From Candidatus Pacearchaeota archaeon (GTDB taxonomy: Archaea > Nanobdellota > Nanobdellia > Pacearchaeales > GW2011-AR1): 64,000 bases of DNA. A program made the position numbers and the translations under genes. Position 1 is the stretch's first letter; each line of letters opens with the position of its first letter. This document shows positions 57,139-64,000 of this stretch, piece by piece. The notes below the pieces were generated by a model. That model did not search any database and had not been told where the DNA came from. It was given only the letters and a program-made list of their open reading frames with translations. The DNA lies in NCBI GenBank assembly GCA_018304105.1, contig JAGVWX010000020.1, positions 27,111-91,110 of the forward strand. The letters run 5' to 3'.

Positions 57139-58371
57139 GTGAATAAAAGAGAGATGAAATCGCTTGTGCTTTATCCTTACCCTATGGAATATGACGGCCA
57201 AAGTTTGCAAGGTCACTATCTTCTCAAGGGTTTGAAAGAAAATGGTGAAGACGCAGTTGCTTGCAGCAGGTACAATCAGGAAGACAAAAAAGTTTTTTAT
57301 GAGAAGTACAAGCCAGACGTTGTCTTCGGAATTGGATTCTGGGGCGATGTTCCTGAATTAGTAAGCCATCCGCTCGCAAATAAAATGACTCCCGTGCCCT
57401 GGCTCAACGCAAATGGCTGTGTTTTCAATTATCACGCTCTTCTAAATTCTCTTCCTTTGATTCTCGCAACAAGCAATTGGGTAAAAGCGACTTACATCCG
57501 CGACGGAATCAAGCCAGATAACATTCATGTCGCACCTATAGGCTATGATCCTGAAATATTTTATTCACGTCAGAGCTACGACCCTGAAGTCAGGCGAATG
57601 CGCAAAGAAGTTTTGGAAATTGAAGACGATGAGCTCATGATTCTCACAGCAGGAGGAGACGTAACAAGCAAGGGCGCGCAAGAAATGATAAAAGCAATTG
57701 CAAAAGTTCAAGACAAGTTGCCAAAATGGAAGTACGTCTTAAAGATTTGGCCGAGCAAATCTGCAAGAGAGCATGGAAGAGACGAAGAAAAACTAATTGC
57801 AGAATTAGGGTTGGACCCGGACAAATTTATTTACTTAAGCGAAAAATACGACCCACATAAAATGTCTTTACTTCTAAACTCTTGCGATATTTACGCCGCA
57901 CCGTCAAGAATTGAAGGATTCGGAATGATTCAGCTTGAAGCTCAGGCCTGTGGCAAGCCAGTCATATCTATAGACGTCGGCGGTCCAAGAGACACAATCA
58001 TTCCAAACGAAACAGGTTTCCTTGCAGATGTTGAATCAGAAATAAAATTAAACAGCGAATGGGTTTCGAAAAGAATGGGTTTCGAAACTCGCCATAGAAT
58101 AAAATTTCCAGAGCCAAAGACTTTTGCCTATCGTGCAAACATCGATCAGCTCGCTGAATCTCTGGTTAAATTGGCAACAGATTCAAAGCTTAGAAACAAA
58201 ATGGGCAAAGCCGCCGCTCAGCACGCTTACGACACTTTCAACTACCGAATAACTGCAAAGCACATCGCAGACCTCGTCAAGAAATATGTCCTTAAGGAAA
58301 AGCAGGCAGTATCAAGGCCAATAGACAATCCAGTGCATTCTTTCATAACAAAAAGAGTTTATCAAAGATAA
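57139..58371 (+). CDS. GT4 family glycosyltransferase
   Basis: PSRIEGFGMIQLEAQACGKPVI. Confidence 0.92.
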   Translation: MNKREMKSLVLYPYPMEYDGQSLQGHYLLKGLKENGEDAVACSRYNQEDKKVFYEKYKPDVVFGIGFWGDVPELVSHPLANKMTPVPWLNANGCVFNYHALLNSLPLILATSNWVKATYIRDGIKPDNIHVAPIGYDPEIFYSRQSYDPEVRRMRKEVLEIEDDELMILTAGGDVTSKGAQEMIKAIAKVQDKLPKWKYVLKIWPSKSAREHGRDEEKLIAELGLDPDKFIYLSEKYDPHKMSLLLNSCDIYAAPSRIEGFGMIQLEAQACGKPVISIDVGGPRDTIIPNETGFLADVESEIKLNSEWVSKRMGFETRHRIKFPEPKTFAYRANIDQLAESLVKLATDSKLRNKMGKAAAQHAYDTFNYRITAKHIADLVKKYVLKEKQAVSRPIDNPVHSFITKRVYQR

Positions 58372-58549
58372 ATTTCTTTTTTACATTCTAGCATACAATG
58401 GAGTGAAAAACGAGCGAATAATATCTAAGCCCCATACTGTCCCGCCCAAGCTGTTATTAATTATCGTCGTAACATTAATTATTTTGGCTATCTTGTAAAA
58501 GCATTTCGCTTACCGCAAACTAATTAAATAATTTCATCAATCATACAGA

Positions 58550-59152
58550 ATGAAAAAAGCTTTAGTAATTGTTGCTCATCCCGACGACGAGACAATTTGG
58601 TCAGGCGGATTGATTTTGCAAAACCCAGACTGGAAATGGACAATCTTCTCTCTCTGCCGAGCTGACGATTCGGACCGTGCTCCAAAATTCAGAAAAGTTT
58701 GTGAATATTTCAAGGCAAAATCAGTCATCACAGACCTTGACGATAAATCAGACAAGCCGCTTTCATCAGAAAGAATTAAAGAAATGATTCTCTCTCGTCT
58801 GAAAGAAAAAAACTATGATTATATATTCACTCACGGTGCAAACGGCGAGTACGGCCATATCCGTCATCTCGATACCAACAAAGCAGTCACAGAGTTAGTA
58901 AAAGAAGAAAAACTCAAATGCGGAAAGCTCTGGTATTTTGCATACAGTCCCAGCAGGCAAAAATCGCTTCACGACCAGCAGACATTTATTCCAATAGCTG
59001 ACGAAAAAGCCGACATGCTCGTCAAGTTAACTTCAGAACAGCACAAAGAAAAATTAAATCTCATCACGGAATTTTATGGTTTCAAGCATCCAATCTTCGA
59101 GACAATGGCTGCAGGAAATGAAGAAGCCTTCAATTTAACCAAGCTCATTTAA
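58550..59152 (+). CDS. PIG-L family deacetylase
   Basis: VAHPDDE and GEYGHIRH. Confidence 0.9.
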   Translation: MKKALVIVAHPDDETIWSGGLILQNPDWKWTIFSLCRADDSDRAPKFRKVCEYFKAKSVITDLDDKSDKPLSSERIKEMILSRLKEKNYDYIFTHGANGEYGHIRHLDTNKAVTELVKEEKLKCGKLWYFAYSPSRQKSLHDQQTFIPIADEKADMLVKLTSEQHKEKLNLITEFYGFKHPIFETMAAGNEEAFNLTKLI

Positions 59153-59267
59153 GAAAAAGACCAGAAACTCATCCAATAGTATATCAAAACCCCACATCGA
59201 ATCGTTATAATAATGTTGGTGGGGTGGGGGGAACAAATAAATTTCAGTTAGATTTAGTTTGTAATAA

Positions 59268-60380
59268 CTAGAGAAGTAAAACTTCTTTCTTCATCAACGA
59301 CTCGTAAGCAAGAATGTACGCTCCAGCATTCCAGGCTTGGATTCCCCCATCGCTCGCTATCTTGCTTTTTCCGTGAATCCATTCGCTGAAATTCCAATCC
59401 AGTTTAGAGTTCGCTTCAGCAACTTTTTCAAGCTCTCGCTCGGCTTCATCAAACATCTTCATCTTAATCAACGCAGGAACATAAAAACTTCCTATAAAAG
59501 TCCAAACTCCTCCGTTCAAGTACGCATACGGCTCGCGTGCATCGCAATCTTCAAAATAATCGTGCCACTCTGCGCTTTTCTTTTCAATCGCCGGATAAAT
59601 CGCTTTCATCGGAAAAGGCTCGTTTATTTTTTTCTTTTTTATATAATCTAAAATCTTCTTAGCCTTCGCCGAATCAGCCAAATCAAAAACAATTGCCAGC
59701 AAATTTCCAAGCGAATCAAACCAATCCCCAATCTCTTTGTACTTCCCATGATTTTTCCATCGATAAGCAAGATAAAATTCTTCGTTCCACAATCCGTCTT
59801 CTTTATCTTCGTTAACAAGCTTCTTCAGTTTCTCAGCTTCCGCCTTTCTTCCTTCCAATAACAACACATAATAATAAAGCGCCTGCGTGTTTATCGTATA
59901 ACCATATCGATGGGGAAAAGCATCCTGCCAATCTGACGTCGGTAACTGCGCAAGCATTCCGTTCTCTCCGCTGTCCTGACAGGCAAGCCAGCTCATCGCC
60001 TTCTGAATATTCTCGCGATATTTCTCAAACAAGCTCGAGTCTTCGTATCTCTCTTTGTAAATATGCTGCCCGATTACATACCATAACGAAGAATCAATCG
60101 TCTTAAAATCAACATGCGGTTTCCTTTCAGCCCATTTGTCAACGCAATTAGGAATCTGTCCATTCTTGCTCTGGTTTTCGCTGAGCGTTATCAAACTCTG
60201 TTTGAACGTTTCTCTAAACTTCTCCCCGATTAAACTCGCCCCGAGAGAAGATATCATGCTGTCTCTAGACCAAACAGCAGTGTAACCATCAACTTCACCC
60301 GATGCGTAAAAGCCATGTTTAGTAGAACACTTTTCTAAGACACCTATCGCCCTTTCATAACATTCTTTTTTTATATCCAT
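59268..60380 (-). CDS. (alpha/alpha)6 glycoside hydrolase (GH100/amylo-1,6-glucosidase-like)
   Basis: YTAVWSRDS, GQIPN, IDSSLWY, YLNGGVW, FSEW, QAWNA; likely start MDIKKE. Confidence 0.8.
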   Translation of the reverse strand: MDIKKECYERAIGVLEKCSTKHGFYASGEVDGYTAVWSRDSMISSLGASLIGEKFRETFKQSLITLSENQSKNGQIPNCVDKWAERKPHVDFKTIDSSLWYVIGQHIYKERYEDSSLFEKYRENIQKAMSWLACQDSGENGMLAQLPTSDWQDAFPHRYGYTINTQALYYYVLLLEGRKAEAEKLKKLVNEDKEDGLWNEEFYLAYRWKNHGKYKEIGDWFDSLGNLLAIVFDLADSAKAKKILDYIKKKKINEPFPMKAIYPAIEKKSAEWHDYFEDCDAREPYAYLNGGVWTFIGSFYVPALIKMKMFDEAERELEKVAEANSKLDWNFSEWIHGKSKIASDGGIQAWNAGAYILAYESLMKKEVLLL

Positions 60381-60478
60381 CTCTTCTCGCAATCTTTTTA
60401 GTTCTTTATTTAATTTAAACCTAATGGTATTATCTTCAGGCAACGAAAGTTTAAATAATTCCCAGCTCTTGCACCAAT

Positions 60479-61621
60479 ATGAAATTCCTCGTCCTTTACC
60501 CATACCCTAGAAGCATAGACAGTCTCAGCTTGCAAGGGCATTATCTAGTGAAGGGCCTAAAAGAGCTCGGTCACGAAGTTCTCTCTTGCGACAGAAACAG
60601 CGAGGTGGAAAAGAGAAAGATTTATGAGACGTTCCATCCGGATGCTGTCATCGGCATCGGCTGCTGGAAAAACCTTCCTGAAACAATTCTCCACCCAAGC
60701 TCATTCGGAGTTCCGGCCGTTCCTTGGTTCAACGCAAACGGCTGGGTTGCAAACTACCACGAAGAACTTAACTCTCTCCCATTAATTCTCGCGACAAGCA
60801 ACTGGGTAAAATCAACTTACATGCGTGACGGAGTAGAAGGCGGCAATATTCATATTTGTCATATTGGCTTCGACCCAGAAATTTTCTTTCCGCAAGAAGA
60901 CAAGCAAAAGATAAATTCTGTAAGAAAAGATTTAGGAATTAAGGAAGACGAGATAATGATTTTCACAACAGGCGGGGATGTCACAAGCAAAGGCGCGCAG
61001 GAAATGTTCAAAGCACTCGCAGAAGTAAACAAGCAATTTAAAAATTGGAAATATGTCTTGAAAACGCTTCCAACATTCTCTGCATATGACCATGGAAAGA
61101 ACGAAGAAAAGTTAATTGAATCTCTTGGTTTAGATAAAAATAAATTCATTTATCTAAGAGAAGATTACTTCCCGGACAAAATGTCTGCGTTAATGCAGGC
61201 ATGCGATATTTATGCCGCGCCTTCAAGGTTGGAGGGTTTCGGCATGACTCAAGTTGAAGCAATGGCTTGCGGAAAGCCCGTAATTTCAATTAACGTCGGA
61301 GGTCCAAAGGATACAATCGTCCATGGCGAAACAGGCTTTCTCGCAGACGTCGCGTATGAACTAAAGTTAAGCAAGGAACTCGCCACAAAGTCAATGGGCT
61401 TCGACGAAGAGAAATACATCGAGTTCCCAATTCCAAAAACATTTGAATACCACGCAGACGTAGGCCAGCTCGCAGATTTCACTCTTCAGTTATGCCTAAA
61501 CAAATCTTTTCGGGAGCAAATGGGCAAAGCCGCAGCATCCCACGCTCTTGAAAACTTTCATTATAAGATTATTGCGCAGGAAATGGTTGAGCTGATTGAG
61601 AAGTTTGTTGTTAAGAATTAA
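60479..61621 (+). CDS. GT4 family glycosyltransferase (paralog of 57139-58371)
   Basis: PSRLEGFGMTQVEAMACGKPVI; shares SLQGHYL, PWFNANG and GGDVTSKGAQEM with the paralog. Confidence 0.92.
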   Translation: MKFLVLYPYPRSIDSLSLQGHYLVKGLKELGHEVLSCDRNSEVEKRKIYETFHPDAVIGIGCWKNLPETILHPSSFGVPAVPWFNANGWVANYHEELNSLPLILATSNWVKSTYMRDGVEGGNIHICHIGFDPEIFFPQEDKQKINSVRKDLGIKEDEIMIFTTGGDVTSKGAQEMFKALAEVNKQFKNWKYVLKTLPTFSAYDHGKNEEKLIESLGLDKNKFIYLREDYFPDKMSALMQACDIYAAPSRLEGFGMTQVEAMACGKPVISINVGGPKDTIVHGETGFLADVAYELKLSKELATKSMGFDEEKYIEFPIPKTFEYHADVGQLADFTLQLCLNKSFREQMGKAAASHALENFHYKIIAQEMVELIEKFVVKN

Positions 61622-63819
61622 ACGTCCATCATGCTCAATCTTGCAAGAAGATAAGCGATAGTTGACTCTGCTCCCTGATTCAAATTAATAGTTCTCTCCC
61701 CAAGACCATCATGGCACCCCCCAGTCGTCTCATTGTAAACCATCTGCTTCAGAGTGTTCTCTCCGGTAAACCACCTGAATGCTTGGAAAGCGCTCTTCCT
61801 GTATTCTTCTGCCTTTGTTATCTTGTAAGCTGTAATCAACGTATCAACCATGTACGCCGCCTCAATCGGCTGCTGATCGTAATACTGTCTTTCTCCCCCT
61901 TCCTGGTACCAGCCGTTCTGCCCAATTGGAACAAAAATACCATTCTCAAATGTCTTTTCAATCAAAAATCTTAAGCTTTCATTCGCAACGTCCAAATATC
62001 TTTTCTTTCCAGTTACCGAATACGCATAAAAAAGCGCTTCCGAAAGTTTGCTGTTTCCGTAGGTCAGATATTTCTCAAACCATTTCCAGTTTGCATTGGA
62101 ACTGGCTTCATAAAGGCTGACTAGATAATTCGCAAACCTTATCACATGCTCTTTTGTTTCTTCGTGCTTCATCTTTTTTCCATAATGGTAAAGCCCTTGA
62201 ATAGTAAATGCAACAGCCCTCGGAGATTTTATTTTTTCAGCAGCCGCGAGCGCCCTCACAAAAATCTCATGAGCTTCTCTCTTGAAATCCGTAGGAATGT
62301 GCGGGGCATCAATCAAATAACCCAAGGCCCAAATCGCCCTGCCCTGCGCGTCCTCTCCCCAGCTGTTTTTATCAATATTCTTTTCTTCGTTGACAAAATT
62401 ATATAATTTCCCATCAGCATCTTGAACGTATTTGAAATAATTCAAATAAGTTCTAATCAAGTTCAACTGCTTGTATTCTCTGAACTTTTCAAAATGTTTC
62501 ACGCAAACCAGCAAAGCTCTCGCGTTATCATCGAGTGTATAGCCTGAAGAAACATCAGGAACCCATTGTTTTGAAAACTGAATAACTCCAAAACCATCCG
62601 TCAATCTCGCAAGATGTGTAGTATTTACTTTCGGCAGCATCCTCGCTTCTTCAGACTCAATATGAACGTAATGGTCGAACAACCCGCAGTACTTGAACGC
62701 AACATTTGGCCATGTCATCTCTCTCGTCTCGTGATAAGCGTGGCTTTCCATGCTCTTCCTCATCTCCGGGTCTTTCAGGATTTTAATTATTGCCTCGGAA
62801 AAAGATGCAGGATTATCAAACTCAGCAAGCAAGCCTTTCTTTTCATCAACTATGTCTTTGGCATGAATGAACGGCGTAGACACCACAGCCCTCCCGCAGC
62901 CCATCGCATAAGCCAGCGTTCCCGAGGTAATCTGGTTCGGATTTTGGCTCGGAGAAATGTAGACATCTGCCGCCTTGACATACCTGACTATTTCATCCAG
63001 TGTTACATATTTATTGTAGAACTTCACATGATTCTCAAGCTTCAGTTCTTTTATTATGTTAATGAGCTCATTTCGATACTGTTCGCCGGAATTTTTTCTT
63101 ACGACAGGATGCGTTTCTCCAACAATAATATAGACTAAATCTGGAAATTCCTTAACCACCTCTGGCAGAGAATTTATCACATCTTCGTAGCCCTTTCCCG
63201 GTCCAATCATCCCAAAAGAGCATATAACTTTCTTGTCAGGACAGCCTATTTTTGCCTTAGATTTGGCTTGGTCTTCAAAAGTAGTCGTAGGAATTCCGTG
63301 AGGGATGACACGAATCGGATTCTCCAGCCCATAGGTCTCCCTTAGAATGTTCACCCCGGATTTTGTCATCACAATTATGTCTTCGACCTTCTTTCCAATC
63401 TCTCTGACAACTCTCCAAAGCTTTTCGTTCGGGCTCGGCAGCACGCTATGAAATGTAACTACAATCGGCTTCTTTATTTTTTCCAGGAACATCAGCAGGT
63501 GATCGCCCCATTCTCCTCCAAAAATCCCGAACTCATGCTGAATGCAAATAAGCTTGACATCAGCCCGCCCGTTTATCCGTTCAGCGATTTCGATGTAATC
63601 ATTAAGATCGCTGTCGCTGACTTCATATTGGACTTTTTTTGGATAATTATAAATATTTACCCCGTTGTGGTTTATCGCAATAATTCCCGTATGAATCATA
63701 TTAGAAAGTTTTCTGTCAACTGCGCCAACAAGGTCTTTTGTAAACGTAGCAATGCCGCATTCTCTCGGAGGATATGTCCCCATAAAGAGAATAGTATCGT
63801 TGCCACCTCCATCTTTCAT
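61618..63819 (-). CDS. GT4 glycosyltransferase fused to a glycosidase-like (alpha/alpha)6 domain
   Basis: PPRECGIATF, QHEFGIFGG, QITSGTLAYA, then GYTLDDNARAL...DQQPIE...NQGAESTIAY. Confidence 0.88.
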   Translation of the reverse strand: MKDGGGNDTILFMGTYPPRECGIATFTKDLVGAVDRKLSNMIHTGIIAINHNGVNIYNYPKKVQYEVSDSDLNDYIEIAERINGRADVKLICIQHEFGIFGGEWGDHLLMFLEKIKKPIVVTFHSVLPSPNEKLWRVVREIGKKVEDIIVMTKSGVNILRETYGLENPIRVIPHGIPTTTFEDQAKSKAKIGCPDKKVICSFGMIGPGKGYEDVINSLPEVVKEFPDLVYIIVGETHPVVRKNSGEQYRNELINIIKELKLENHVKFYNKYVTLDEIVRYVKAADVYISPSQNPNQITSGTLAYAMGCGRAVVSTPFIHAKDIVDEKKGLLAEFDNPASFSEAIIKILKDPEMRKSMESHAYHETREMTWPNVAFKYCGLFDHYVHIESEEARMLPKVNTTHLARLTDGFGVIQFSKQWVPDVSSGYTLDDNARALLVCVKHFEKFREYKQLNLIRTYLNYFKYVQDADGKLYNFVNEEKNIDKNSWGEDAQGRAIWALGYLIDAPHIPTDFKREAHEIFVRALAAAEKIKSPRAVAFTIQGLYHYGKKMKHEETKEHVIRFANYLVSLYEASSNANWKWFEKYLTYGNSKLSEALFYAYSVTGKKRYLDVANESLRFLIEKTFENGIFVPIGQNGWYQEGGERQYYDQQPIEAAYMVDTLITAYKITKAEEYRKSAFQAFRWFTGENTLKQMVYNETTGGCHDGLGERTINLNQGAESTIAYLLARLSMMDV

Positions 63820-63885
63820 CTTTCTAACAGCCAGCTCAATTTTAAAAATCTTTTCATACTGATTAATTTTCCGACGGCAAATCAT

Positions 63886-64000
63886 TCATCTAGGCAATCT
63901 TTTTCGCATCGCTTTATAACTAATTTTGTAAGCTCTCACAAAAGAATCGTTAACGTGCGCATACAAAATTCCATGCTCTGAATCGGCAGGAACAAACTCG
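63886..64000 (-). CDS. C-terminal end of a gene entering from the right edge
   Basis: ...EFVPADSEHGILYAHVNDSFVRAYKISYKAMRKRLPR*. Confidence 0.55.
   Translation of the reverse strand, partial: EFVPADSEHGILYAHVNDSFVRAYKISYKAMRKRLPR

Overview
Gene-dense, AT-rich chromosome segment of a small-genome archaeon, most likely DPANN (Pacearchaeota/Woesearchaeota-like). The evidence is archaeal ribosomal proteins (L10e, L35Ae, L7Ae, S28e, L24e), thermosome, archaeal DnaG, Kae1, many apparently leaderless TATA promoters, and four tRNA genes without encoded CCA, one carrying a BHB intron. Bacterial-type modules are also present: DNA gyrase, a tgt-queA-queH queuosine cluster and MsrA/MsrB. Most notable observations: (1) a free-standing LAGLIDADG endonuclease whose first 27 residues copy the GyrB N-terminus, lying directly in front of an intact gyrB, with further endonuclease-bearing inteins in gyrB (HNH) and gyrA (LAGLIDADG); (2) orphan ORFs inserted into conserved operons with duplicated stop/start junctions, including two divergent paralogs in the S28e-L24e operon that share a 17/18-bp junction repeat; (3) three of four tRNA genes followed by copies of their own 3' ends, including 72-bp tandem repeats after tRNA-Asp; (4) a toxin gene truncated by a 7-bp duplication and an msrA with an in-frame TAG; (5) a dispersed intergenic repeat and a palindromic promoter motif; (6) a large surface-glycoprotein/MoxR-DUF58-VWA operon, Tyr-rich secreted proteins and a glycosyltransferase/glycosidase cluster. 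All calls come from reading motifs by eye; no database searches were run.
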